32,605 nucleotides of DNA from Alphaproteobacteria bacterium (GCA_046582535.1 JAYGEF010000098.1:1-32605), one strand, 5' to 3'; numbered from the stretch's first letter, positions 1-8,633 are shown. Notes: generated from the sequence alone by a model not told the origin. Translations and numbers: made by a program.

Positions 1-82
1 CTTCTTTCTTTCAGCCCGCGACCGCGGGTCGCCAACCGTTTGGCGGGAGGCCGCGTGCCGCTTGAACGCGCTTTCCAATTAA

Positions 83-108
83 GGCGAAATTCGGCTCAGA
101 ATTTCGCC
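83..108 (-). terminator. Candidate hairpin overlapping the SDR stop codon
   Basis: Perfect 10-bp inverted repeat GGCGAAATTC (83-92) / GAATTTCGCC (99-108). The 6-nt loop contains the stop codon at 96-98. On the minus strand the hairpin is followed by TTAATTGG, which is only weakly U-rich. Confidence 0.3.
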
Positions 109-920
109 GCGTCCGGCACCGGGTTGACCTTGCGCAGCCAGCGGATGGTGTCGCTGGCCGCCTTCTGGCCGCCGGCCACCAGCAGGGTCTCGCCCGAGGT
201 CCAGTCGGCGTCGTCGGAACACAGGTAAACCGCCGCGCCGGCGATGTCCTCGGCGGTGCCGATGCGGTTGATCGGGAAGAATGAGGCGCGATCGGCGCGA
301 GCGTCGTCGTCGGCGATGTGGCGGGCCACCAGCTTGGTGTCGATGAGCGACGGCGCCACCGCGTTGATGCGCACGTTACGGCGGCCGAACTCCACGGCCA
401 TGGTGCCGGTCAGGCTGATCAGCGCCGCCTTGGCCGAGCCGTAGACACCTACGAGCGGGGCCGGGAAGACGCCGTCGATGGAGACGATATTGCAGATCGC
501 GCCGCCACCGCCGTCCGCCATGTGCTTGACCGCCGCCTGACACATGAAGAACGGCACCCGCACGTTGAGAGCGTAGACCGCGTCGAAGCCTTCCGGCGTC
601 GACTCTTCCAGCGGGCCGAGCCCGCCGGGCACGCTGCTGCCGCCGCCGGCGTTGTTAACCAGCACGTCGAGCCCGCCCATGGCCTCATAACCCGTGGCGA
701 TAAGCCCCAGCCCCTGGTCCATGTCCGACATATCGGCGGTGACGACCCAGGCCTTGCGGCCCAGGGCCTCGATCTCGGCGGCGACGGCGTTGAGCTCGGT
801 GTCGGTGCGCGACGCCAGGGTGACATCAGCGCCCTGACCGGCCATGGCCTATGCGGTGGCCCGGCCGATGCCCCGACCCGCGCCGGTGACGATGACCTTT
901 TTACCTTCGTATGAAAACAT
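96..920 (-). pseudogene. Short-chain dehydrogenase/reductase (SDR) interrupted by an in-frame TAG at 849-851
   Basis: The listed ORF (96-845) lacks the Rossmann motif. Reading the same frame upstream gives MFSYEGKKVIVTGAGRGIGRATA-TAG-AMAGQGADV, starting from the ATG at 920. TGAGRGIG is the SDR cofactor-binding motif. The rest carries typical SDR blocks (NNAG, YGSAKAA). Confidence 0.7.
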
Positions 921-1007
921 GTCGTGCACTCCCAAAATTGATTGCCAGCTTTGACTTTGGTAACCGTTTTCGATCCGACCAGGCAATCTCTAAGTAGCCC
1001 GTTGGAC

Positions 1008-1475
1008 CTATTCGAGTTCCGCGACACAGGCTTCGAGCTTGGCCAGGGTGGCGGTCAGCGCCTGACGCTCGCCGGGGGCGAGGACGGCGGTCAGGGCAGC
1101 TTCAAGATCGAGGGCCTGGGGCACGATGCGGCGGTAGGTACGGCGGCCCTTGGGCGTCAGGCGCAGCAGGGTCGAGCGCTGGTCCGCGGGGTTGGCACCT
1201 TTGCGCACATGGCCGGCGGCGACCAGACTGGCCACGGCGCGGCTGACCTTGACTTTGTCCATGGCGGTGCGCTGGCACAGTTGGTTGGCGGTCAGCGGGG
1301 CGAAATTGCCGAGCACCGCCATGACCCGCCACTCGGGGATAGCCAGCCCGAAAGCCTCGGAATAGCGCCGGGCGAAGGCCTGGCTGATGCGGTTGGTGAC
1401 GATCGACAGGCGATAGGGCAGAAAGTCGTCGAGAGCGAAATCCGCAACCCCGCCGTCACCACTGTGTCGCGCCAT
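1008..1475 (-). CDS. MarR-family transcriptional regulator
   Basis: 155 aa with a winged-helix pattern (LTANQLCQRTAMDKVKVSRAVASLVAAGHV...DQRSTLLRLTPKGRR). It is divergent from the dioxygenase operon. Confidence 0.85.
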   Translation of the reverse strand: MARHSGDGGVADFALDDFLPYRLSIVTNRISQAFARRYSEAFGLAIPEWRVMAVLGNFAPLTANQLCQRTAMDKVKVSRAVASLVAAGHVRKGANPADQRSTLLRLTPKGRRTYRRIVPQALDLEAALTAVLAPGERQALTATLAKLEACVAELE

Positions 1476-1502
1476 GGGTAAAACCCCGTTTGCCTGTTGC
1501 GG

Positions 1503-1522
1503 ATAGTTTCATATGAAACTAT
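1503..1522. promoter_or_regulatory. Perfect 20-bp palindrome, candidate MarR operator
   Basis: ATAGTTTCAT|ATGAAACTAT is self-complementary. It lies 28 nt upstream of the marR-like start and 45 nt upstream of the ATG at 1567, and it is A/T-rich in a GC-rich context. Confidence 0.6.
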
Positions 1523-1566
1523 AACATCTTGAACCACCGTTGTTGAAGCACAAACGGGAGCTGCCC

Positions 1567-2694
1567 ATGCGCCGTGACATTCCGGTTCAGCGGATCGAGG
1601 GCCGGGCCTCGCGCCAGGCCCACGCCGACATTCCCGAAGGCACTTATGAGCGCGAGCTCGGCCGCGAGGGTTTCTTCGGCCCGGCGTCGCACATGTATCA
1701 CCGCCACCCGCCCACCGGCTGGTCGTCGTGGGAGGGGCCACTGCGGCCCCGGGCCTTCGACCTCAACAGTATCGTCGGCACTCAGCCGTCGCCGTGGGAC
1801 GCGGCGCCGGTGTTGGCCAACCGCCACCTTCGGGTCCGCCTGTGGCGGGCGCCCGAGCGCATGGATCATCTGGCGCGCAACGGCGACGGCGACGAGCTGA
1901 TGTTTGTCCACCGGGGCGCCGGATCGTTGTTCTGCGACTACGGTCATCTCGACTTCGAGACCGGCGACTACATGGTCATCCCGCGCTCGACCATGTGGCG
2001 CATCGAGACCAGCGAGCCGGTGACGGCGCTGCTCATCGAGGCCACCAACAACGGCTACAGCCTGCCCGAGAAGGGCATGGTCGGGCGCCACGCGGTGTTC
2101 GATCCCGCCATGCTCGACGCCCCCGCCATCGACCAGGCGTTCCTCGACCAGCAGGACGAGGAGCCATGGCGCGTCGTGGTCAAGCGGAGCGACGCCCTGT
2201 CGACCGTGAGCTATCCCTACAACCCGCTGGACGCGGTCGGCTGGAAGGGAGATCTCTCGCCGGTGCGCCTCAATGTGCGCCATATCCGGCCGCTCATGAG
2301 CCACCGCTACCACGTGCCGCCGTCGGCCCACACCACCTTCGTGGCCGACCGCTTCGTGGTCTGCACCTTTGTGCCGCGGCCGTTCGAGACCGACCCGGGC
2401 GCCCTCAAGGTGCCGTTCTTCCACAACAACGACGACTACGACGAGGTCATCTTCTATCACGAGGGTGATTTCTTCAGCCGCGACAACATCGACGCCGGCA
2501 TGATGACCTTCCACCCGGCGGGCTTCACCCACGGCCCCCACCCCAAGGCCCTGGCCAACCGGCTGGTCCCAGCCAAGGCGGCGACCGACGAATATGCTGT
2601 TATGATCGACGCCCGCGACCCCCTGGAGATTGCCGGGGCGGCCAGCGCCGTGGAGATCGACGGCTACGCGGAGAGCTGGAAATCCGGCGACTAG
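1567..2694 (+). CDS. Homogentisate 1,2-dioxygenase-family (HgmA-like cupin) ring-cleavage dioxygenase
   Basis: Motifs GREGFFGPASHMYHRHPP, GDELMFVHRGAG...GDYMVIPR and FFHNNDDYDEVIFYHEG...FHPAGFTHGPHP parallel the HGO metal-ligand region. The ATG at 1567 follows GGGAG; the ORF-track TTG at 1540 is less likely. Confidence 0.7.
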   Translation: MRRDIPVQRIEGRASRQAHADIPEGTYERELGREGFFGPASHMYHRHPPTGWSSWEGPLRPRAFDLNSIVGTQPSPWDAAPVLANRHLRVRLWRAPERMDHLARNGDGDELMFVHRGAGSLFCDYGHLDFETGDYMVIPRSTMWRIETSEPVTALLIEATNNGYSLPEKGMVGRHAVFDPAMLDAPAIDQAFLDQQDEEPWRVVVKRSDALSTVSYPYNPLDAVGWKGDLSPVRLNVRHIRPLMSHRYHVPPSAHTTFVADRFVVCTFVPRPFETDPGALKVPFFHNNDDYDEVIFYHEGDFFSRDNIDAGMMTFHPAGFTHGPHPKALANRLVPAKAATDEYAVMIDARDPLEIAGAASAVEIDGYAESWKSGD

Positions 2695-2729
2695 GGCCAC
2701 ACTTAAAAAAACAAACTAGGCGAGACACC

Positions 2730-3683
2730 ATGTCAGAGAAGAAATTCGCATCCCAGAACGACCTCGAGGCTAAGACCATCAGCTTCACCGAACTGGCCCC
2801 CGGCGCCTACGCCTATACCGCCGAGGGCGACCCCAACAGCGGCATTATCGTCGGCGATGACGGGGTCATGGTGATCGATGCCCAGGCCACCCCGATGATG
2901 GCCCAGGACGTCATCGACCGGGTCCGTCAGGTCACCGACAAGCCGATCAAATATGTCGTGCTGAGCCACTATCACGCGGTGCGGGTGCTGGGCGCCTCGG
3001 CCTATGGCGCCGAGCACATCATCGCCAGCCAGGGCACCTACGAGCTGATCGTCGAGCGCGGCCAGCAGGACTACGACTCCGAGGCCCAGCGCTTCCCGCG
3101 CCTGTTCCAGGGCATCGAGAGCGTGCCCGGCCTGACCTGGCCAACCCTCACCTTCGAGACTTCCATGACGCTCTGGATGGGCGACCGGGAAGTCCGCATC
3201 GCCCACCTGGGACGGGGCCATACCAAGGGCGACACGGTGGTCTGGCTACCCGACGACAAGGTGTTGTTCAGCGGCGATTTGGTGGAATACGGCGCCACCC
3301 CCTACACCGGCGACGCCTACCTGTCGGACTGGCCGGTGACCCTCGACGCGGTCCAGGCGCTCGGCGCGGAGAAGCTGGTGCCGGGCCGCGGCGACGCCCT
3401 GACCACCACGGCGGAGATAGCCGACGGCATTGCCGGCACCCGCGCCTTCATCGCCGACATGTTCGGCGCCGCCAAGAAGGGTGTCGAGGCCGGCCACGAT
3501 CTCAAGCAGGTCTACGACGACGCCTACGCCATATTGGCGCCGAAATACGGCGACTGGGTGATCTTCGATCATTGCATCCCGTTCAACCTGTCCCGCGCTT
3601 TCGACGAGGCCGGCGGCACCCGCGACCCGCGCATCTGGACCGCCGAGCGCGACATGGAAATGTGGCGCGCCCTGCAGGCCTAG
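2730..3683 (+). CDS. MBL-fold metallo-hydrolase family protein with a degenerate HxHxDH motif
   Basis: VMVIDAQATP...YVVLSHYHAVRVLG...GRGHTKGDTVVWLPDDKVLFSGDLVEY is a typical beta-lactamase-fold layout. Motif 2 reads HYHAVR rather than HxHxDH. Confidence 0.75.
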   Translation: MSEKKFASQNDLEAKTISFTELAPGAYAYTAEGDPNSGIIVGDDGVMVIDAQATPMMAQDVIDRVRQVTDKPIKYVVLSHYHAVRVLGASAYGAEHIIASQGTYELIVERGQQDYDSEAQRFPRLFQGIESVPGLTWPTLTFETSMTLWMGDREVRIAHLGRGHTKGDTVVWLPDDKVLFSGDLVEYGATPYTGDAYLSDWPVTLDAVQALGAEKLVPGRGDALTTTAEIADGIAGTRAFIADMFGAAKKGVEAGHDLKQVYDDAYAILAPKYGDWVIFDHCIPFNLSRAFDEAGGTRDPRIWTAERDMEMWRALQA

Positions 3684-3689
3684 TCGTCC

Positions 3690-5273
3690 ATGGCCAGGAG
3701 CTTCGACTACCGCGCCTACCCCTACGACCGTTCGCCGGACCAGGACGCTGCCGCGCCGGTCCGCCATGCGGTGGTGGTCGCCGGCGGCGGTATGGTCGGC
3801 CTCGCCTTCGCTGTCGATATGGCCCAGCGCGGGATACCGGTAGTGGTGCTCGACGACGGCAACCAGGTCAGCATCGGCTCGCGGGCCATCTGCATCTCGA
3901 AACGCAGCCTGGAGATCTTCGACCGCCTGGGCATTGGCGAGCGCTGCATGGCCAAGGGCGTGACCTGGAGCAAGGGCAAGGTGCTGCGCGGCGACGATCT
4001 GCTTTATGAATTCGACCTGCTGCCCGAGCCCGGCCACAAGCGCCCGGCGTTCATCAATCTGCAGCAGTATTACGTGGAAACCTATCTGGTCGAGCTCCTC
4101 CATGAACTCGAGGCGGGCGAAGTGCGCTGGCACAACCGCCTGGCCGGGATCGACGACCGGGGCGATCACCTGGCCCTCACGGTGGAGACCCCGGACGGCC
4201 CCTATGAGCTCCACTGTGACTGGCTGATCGCCGCCGATGGGGTCCGCAGCACCGCCCGCGATTGTCTCGGCCTGGCGTTCAGCGGCGAGACCTTCCATGA
4301 CCATTTCCTGATTACCGACGTGGTCATGAAAAGCGATTTCCCCACCGAGCGCCGGTTCTGGTTCGACCCGACGTTTCACGACGGCGACTCAGCCCTGCTC
4401 CACAAGCAGCCCGACGACGTCTGGCGCATCGACCTGCAGCTCGGCCGCCAGGTCGACCGCGCGGCGGAACTGGGCGAGGCGGCCATCATGCCGCGCCTGC
4501 GCGCCATGCTCGGACCCGACGCCGAGTTCACCATCGACTGGTCGAGCCTCTACACCTTCCAGTGCCGCCGCCTGGAGCGCTTCCGCCATGGCCGGGTGCT
4601 GTTCATGGGCGACGCCGCCCATATCGTGTCGCCCTTCGGCGCCAGGGGCGGCAACGGCGGCATCCAGGATGTCGACAATCTGGGCTGGAAGCTGGCCGCC
4701 GTGTTGGGCGGCGCCGCGCCCGACAGTTTGCTCGACAGCTACGACGCCGAGCGCATCCCGGCGGCCGATGAGAACATCCTCAATTCGACCCGGGCGACCG
4801 ACTTCATTGCGCCGAGGAACGACGCCATGCGGCTGTTCCGGCGCGCCATCCTCGACCTCTCGCGCGATCATCCCTTCGCCCGGGGTTTCGTCAACAGCGG
4901 CCGGCTGTCCCTGCCCCACGCCTATGACGAGTCGCCACTCAGCACATCTGATAGGGACGACTTCACGGGGGTTATGACGCCCGGCGCGCCGGCGCTGGAC
5001 GCGCCCCTGGGCGACGGCTGGTTGCTCGACCGCACCCTGGCGGGTTTCACCCTGCTGTGCTTCGGCGATCCCGGCGACGCCATACGGGCCTTGCCCGTTA
5101 CGGTGGAAATCGCCGATCATGGCCAGGACATGATCCATGAGCGCTATGACAGCCGACCCGGCACGGTCTATCTGCTGCGGCCCGACCAGCACGTGGCGGC
5201 CCGCTGGCGTTCGCCCGACCGGGCCACGATCGAAGCCGCCATGGACCGGGCTTTGGGACGGCGCCAATCATGA
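3690..5273 (+). CDS. FAD-dependent aromatic monooxygenase (PheA/TfdB/MhpA-like)
   Basis: GxGxxG motif VVVAGGGMVGLAFA. The DG and GD motifs are AADGVRSTAR and GDAAHIVSPFGARGGNGGIQDVDNLGWKLA. There is a C-terminal thioredoxin-like extension. Confidence 0.85.
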   Translation: MARSFDYRAYPYDRSPDQDAAAPVRHAVVVAGGGMVGLAFAVDMAQRGIPVVVLDDGNQVSIGSRAICISKRSLEIFDRLGIGERCMAKGVTWSKGKVLRGDDLLYEFDLLPEPGHKRPAFINLQQYYVETYLVELLHELEAGEVRWHNRLAGIDDRGDHLALTVETPDGPYELHCDWLIAADGVRSTARDCLGLAFSGETFHDHFLITDVVMKSDFPTERRFWFDPTFHDGDSALLHKQPDDVWRIDLQLGRQVDRAAELGEAAIMPRLRAMLGPDAEFTIDWSSLYTFQCRRLERFRHGRVLFMGDAAHIVSPFGARGGNGGIQDVDNLGWKLAAVLGGAAPDSLLDSYDAERIPAADENILNSTRATDFIAPRNDAMRLFRRAILDLSRDHPFARGFVNSGRLSLPHAYDESPLSTSDRDDFTGVMTPGAPALDAPLGDGWLLDRTLAGFTLLCFGDPGDAIRALPVTVEIADHGQDMIHERYDSRPGTVYLLRPDQHVAARWRSPDRATIEAAMDRALGRRQS

Positions 5274-5479
5274 CCCACGACACCTCACCCCGTCTGACCA
5301 GCCCCGATGATGTCTTCGAGGCCCTGATCGAGGCCCAGGCCGAGTTGAGCGCCGAGGACGCGGACTTGTTCCGGGCCCGGCTGATACTGCTGCTTGCCAA
5401 CCAGCTCGGCGACGACGAAGCTGTCAAGGCAGCCATCGCCGTAGCGCGCAAAGGGCTGGTGGAAGCCGGCGAGAACTAG
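5270..5479 (+). CDS. DUF2783-like small protein
   Basis: 69 aa. DDVFEALIEAQAELSAEDADLFRARLILLLANQLGD matches my recollection of DUF2783. There is an ATGA start/stop overlap with the monooxygenase (5270-5273). Confidence 0.6.
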   Translation: MTHDTSPRLTSPDDVFEALIEAQAELSAEDADLFRARLILLLANQLGDDEAVKAAIAVARKGLVEAGEN

Positions 5480-5492
5480 GGGGGTTCAACCG

Positions 5493-6479
5493 ATGACCGT
5501 GATTGACGTCCACACCCATATGCTGTCGCTCGACTGGCTCGAACAGCTCGGCATCCACGGCAAACCCCATTACGAGGTCAAGGCGACCAAGGCGGGCCAG
5601 CAGACCATTCACATGTTCGGCTCACCGTTCATGACCCTGTTCAAGGAGATGTGGGACTACAAATCGCGCATCCGCAATATGAACAAGGCCGGCGTCGATA
5701 CGGCCATCGTCTCGCTGACCTGCCCCAACGTGTTCTGGGGGCCGGCGGCGAGCAGCAAGACCGCGGCCCGCATGGTTAACGAGTGCACGGCAGCGGCCCA
5801 GGAAAAATACGGCGACCGCATCCGCTGGTTCGCCTCGATCCCGTGGCAGCACACCGAGTTCGCCCGCGAGGAACTGGCCTGGGCGGTAGAGCGCGGCGCC
5901 GTCGGCGTCATGGTGCTGGCCAACATCGCGGGCAAGGACCTGACCGACCCGCTGTTCGCCCCGGTGTGGGGCGACATTGACCGCCGGGCGCTGCCGGTGC
6001 TGGTCCACCCCACGGCGCCCCAGGGGGTGGCCGATCTGCACATGGATGAATATGGCCTGGTGCCGCCGGTGGGTTTCATGGTCGACACCACGGTGGCGTT
6101 CTCGCGGATGATCTTCAACGGCTTCCTCGACCGCTACCCCAACCTCAAGCTGATTGCCGCCCACGGCGGCGCTACCCTGCCCTATCTCGCCGGCCGCCTG
6201 GATATGTGCCACGAGCGCATCCCGGCGTGTTCCGAGCACATCAGCGACAAGCCGAGCGAATACCTGCAGCGCATCTGGTACGACAGCGTGGTCTACGCCC
6301 GCGAGGCGCTCGACCTCTGCATCAAGGTCGCCGGCGACCCCGAGCGGGTGCTCTACGGCTCCGACTACCCGCACAACATCGGCGACATGGCGGGCATCCT
6401 GGCCCGGGTCAACAGCCTTAAGAAGGCCGACGCCAAACGTATCGCCGGCAAGAACGCGGAGCAGTTGTTTGGGTTGTGA
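5493..6479 (+). CDS. Amidohydrolase-2 family protein (ACMSD/LigW-type decarboxylase or hydratase-like)
   Basis: The N-terminal VIDVHTHM metal motif, internal HP and AHGG histidines, and C-terminal GSDYPH are typical of PF04909-type enzymes. Confidence 0.8.
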   Translation: MTVIDVHTHMLSLDWLEQLGIHGKPHYEVKATKAGQQTIHMFGSPFMTLFKEMWDYKSRIRNMNKAGVDTAIVSLTCPNVFWGPAASSKTAARMVNECTAAAQEKYGDRIRWFASIPWQHTEFAREELAWAVERGAVGVMVLANIAGKDLTDPLFAPVWGDIDRRALPVLVHPTAPQGVADLHMDEYGLVPPVGFMVDTTVAFSRMIFNGFLDRYPNLKLIAAHGGATLPYLAGRLDMCHERIPACSEHISDKPSEYLQRIWYDSVVYAREALDLCIKVAGDPERVLYGSDYPHNIGDMAGILARVNSLKKADAKRIAGKNAEQLFGL

Positions 6480-6515
6480 CCTATAATTAAGTAAGGCGTC
6501 CGCTTATTTATCTAA

Positions 6516-7730
6516 TCAACGTTCGAACGCGCCCTCGCCGCGGATTGCGGCGGCGATTTGGCGGTGGAAGTTGGCCGTGCCGTCGTCCCAGAACGGCGCC
6601 AGGCGACCGCCGTCGTAGGCGTCGCAACCGCGGCCCTGCTGCAAGCGATGGCAGATGTCCTCGTCCTCGGCGTTGATGGCGGCAAAATCCCCATAGACGG
6701 TTTGCCGGGACGCCTCGTGCTCGGGCGCCGCCGCCGCATCGCCGACAAAATAGAACCACATATGCATGATGCAACGGTCCGCCCCCTGGGGCTCGAACAT
6801 GACGAACTGGAGATTCCCCGGGGAGACCACCATGGTCGCGTTGGGAAACAGATTGGCGGCGTGCTGCGCCACGGCGAGGTCCTCCGCCAGCCCCGGCTGG
6901 GACGGCAGGTCGTCGAAGGTGGCCGAGGAGAACAGCCGGTAGGGGCCGTTCAGCGTATTCGAGATTAGCATGTGAACCCCATCGGGATGGGCGGTGGAGC
7001 GGTCCTCGGGAACGTAGACCTCGTGCAACGCCGGATGGACCTTGAACACATGATAGGTGTCGCAGAAATTCTCCACCGCGAGCTTCCAGTTGCAGCCGAA
7101 CTCGAAGGCGTCGTGGTGGGCGAGGCGAAAGTTCGCCAGATCCCAACATTCAAAGGCCGAAATCACCGGCGCCATGTAGTCCTCGAAAGGCGGCGCCTTG
7201 CCGTCGAGGTTAACGAACACCCAGTCGTGCCAGGTGGCGCTGCGCACCGCGAACAGGCATACCCGGTCGCCATCGCCGCCGTTGTTGTCGCCCCGGTCGT
7301 GCTTGTCCGAACCGTGATAGTGGGGCCGGGCCTTGAGATCGCCCTCCAGTCCGTAGGACCAGGCGTGGTACGGGCAGGTCAGCACCGCCGTTCGGTGCAT
7401 GTCCTCGATAACCAGCCGCACGCCCCGGTGCGGACAGACGTTCTGAAAAACACGGATTTCATCGTCGCGGCCGCGGGTCATGAACAGCGACCGGCCGGCC
7501 ACTTCGATTGGTTTGACGTCGCCACGGTCGGGCAGGTCGCTGGCCGGGCCGGCGAACACCCAGGCGCGCGAGAACACATACTTGTTCTCGAGATCAAGGA
7601 ACCCCTGGGTCGTAAAGGCTTCATTGGGCAGGCCCCGCGCGAATGCGGTTTCGCGGCTCATGGCCTCGACGATGTCATCCGACACCGCCGCAAAGGCACC
7701 GCTCGCCCCGTTGCTCTGGATTGTCGTCAT
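6516..7730 (-). CDS. Rieske [2Fe-2S] aromatic-ring-hydroxylating oxygenase alpha subunit
   Basis: Rieske motif CPHRGVRL...CPYHAWSY. The catalytic domain has DTYHVFKVHP. GGAGG lies upstream of the ATG. No beta subunit or reductase is adjacent. Confidence 0.85.
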   Translation of the reverse strand: MTTIQSNGASGAFAAVSDDIVEAMSRETAFARGLPNEAFTTQGFLDLENKYVFSRAWVFAGPASDLPDRGDVKPIEVAGRSLFMTRGRDDEIRVFQNVCPHRGVRLVIEDMHRTAVLTCPYHAWSYGLEGDLKARPHYHGSDKHDRGDNNGGDGDRVCLFAVRSATWHDWVFVNLDGKAPPFEDYMAPVISAFECWDLANFRLAHHDAFEFGCNWKLAVENFCDTYHVFKVHPALHEVYVPEDRSTAHPDGVHMLISNTLNGPYRLFSSATFDDLPSQPGLAEDLAVAQHAANLFPNATMVVSPGNLQFVMFEPQGADRCIMHMWFYFVGDAAAAPEHEASRQTVYGDFAAINAEDEDICHRLQQGRGCDAYDGGRLAPFWDDGTANFHRQIAAAIRGEGAFER

Positions 7731-7818
7731 AATCGAACGCCTCCAATCGCTATCACTTGCAAACGTCAGTCGAGTTTACCTACCAGAAGCCGGGGGGTGG
7801 TTTCCTCGACCGCCGCCA

Positions 7819-8064
7819 TCAGGTCATCCGCGACGTGGGTATGCGCTTCTTGGTCTTGCCATAGCGCTGCTTCATCCAGTCGTTGAGTTCGTCATTGGGG
7901 CGGCGGTCATAGCCGGCATCGACCTCGGAATCGACCACCAGGTCACGGATCGAGCCAAGATGCTCGGCAAACTCCTCCCGGCCGCTCTTGATCGCGTGGC
8001 TCATGGCGTCGGCGATCATGTCGACCAGTCGGCGATGACTTTCCGGCTTGCTATCGTCACTCAT
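7819..8064 (-). CDS. Hypothetical small protein (81 aa)
   Basis: A strong SD (AGGGGAGG) precedes the ATG, and third positions are GC-rich like the neighbouring genes. I recognise no family. Confidence 0.5.
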   Translation of the reverse strand: MSDDSKPESHRRLVDMIADAMSHAIKSGREEFAEHLGSIRDLVVDSEVDAGYDRRPNDELNDWMKQRYGKTKKRIPTSRMT

Positions 8065-8128
8065 GGGGCGAACCGCCTCCCCTTATTATCCTTCGCCCTA
8101 GCAGGCTACAGCGTCCCGCCGCGTAAGA

Positions 8129-8515
8129 CTAGAGCAGCGGGTAGGAGCCGTCCTCGTCGTGGGTTTCGCCGCCGACCAGGGGCGGTGTGAAGACACAGAT
8201 TACACGCAGGGGCGTAATGGCGTTGAGCCGGTGCTTGTCGTGCTTGTCGAGCACATAAATCGTGCCGGGCTGTAGGTCATGAACCTCGCCGGTGGCCATG
8301 TCCTCGACCGTGCCCGTGCCCTCGATGACCAGGTTGGCCTCGATGTGATTTTTGTAATGCAGAATCTTGTTGCCGCCGGGCCCGACGGTAATGTCCGACA
8401 CGGTGAAGCCGACGCCGTCTTCTCGCAGCAGGTAGCGCAGCACATGGGAATTGCCGCCGGACAAGATGGTGTCGCCCTTGCCGCCTTCGACGTCCTGTTT
8501 GGTCTTCACAATCAT
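8129..8515 (-). CDS. ectC: Ectoine synthase-like cupin (solitary EctC-type protein)
   Basis: 128 aa. MIVKTKQDV...LLREDGVGFTVSDITVGPGGNKILHYKNHIEANLVIEGTGTVE...PGTIYVLDKHDKHRL...VICVFTPPLVGGETHDEDGSYP is collinear with EctC. No ectA, ectB or ectD is present in the window. Confidence 0.8.
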   Translation of the reverse strand: MIVKTKQDVEGGKGDTILSGGNSHVLRYLLREDGVGFTVSDITVGPGGNKILHYKNHIEANLVIEGTGTVEDMATGEVHDLQPGTIYVLDKHDKHRLNAITPLRVICVFTPPLVGGETHDEDGSYPLL

Positions 8516-8551
8516 GATCAGTCCTCCTCGGGTAAAAAATGATAGTTCATA

Positions 8552-8588
8552 CCAACGATCATTATGAGTGACTCATAATGATCGTTGG
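8552..8588. promoter_or_regulatory. Perfect 37-bp palindrome (18-bp arms) upstream of the ectC-like gene
   Basis: CCAACGATCATTATGAGT g ACTCATAATGATCGTTGG has exact reverse-complementary arms. It lies 37-73 nt upstream of the ectC-like ATG and contains CATAAT/CATTAT hexamers resembling -10 boxes. Confidence 0.6.
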
Positions 8589-8633
8589 CAAACGCGCCAG
8601 TCTTGGTCTCAACGGTGGGCGTCGCCGACCGTC

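Noticed and set aside
15-33. Small GC hairpin (CCCGCG ac CGCGGG / GCGACC cgc GGTCGC) at the left edge as a terminator.
   Set aside because: The loop is too tight or the stem too short. No U-tract follows in either orientation, and the context is cut by the window edge.
849-851. In-frame TAG codons (849-851 and 14086-14088) as programmed recoding, such as pyrrolysine or global amber reassignment.
   Set aside because: About a third of the genes in this window terminate at TAG at positions consistent with family lengths (MarR, HGO-like, MBL, DUF2783, EctC-like, thioesterase and others). TAG is therefore a normal stop here, and no pyl genes are visible. Nonsense mutation is the simpler explanation. 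A suppressor tRNA cannot be excluded from this window alone.
1519-2700. 393-aa ORF antisense to the HGO-like gene. Similar long antisense ORFs occur at 3246-4379, 9429-11528, 12371-13660, 14533-15855, 19276-20388, 23942-25429, 27251-28201 and 30173-31441.
   Set aside because: These are shadow ORFs, as expected in GC-rich DNA. Their products are Arg/Gly/Ala/Pro-rich low-complexity strings with no motifs, while the opposite strand encodes clearly recognisable families.
8541-8550. GATAGTTCAT next to the 37-bp palindrome resembles the MarR-operator half-site ATAGTTTCAT (1503-1512).
   Set aside because: The match has one indel, is a single half-site and has no partner. It is most likely coincidence.
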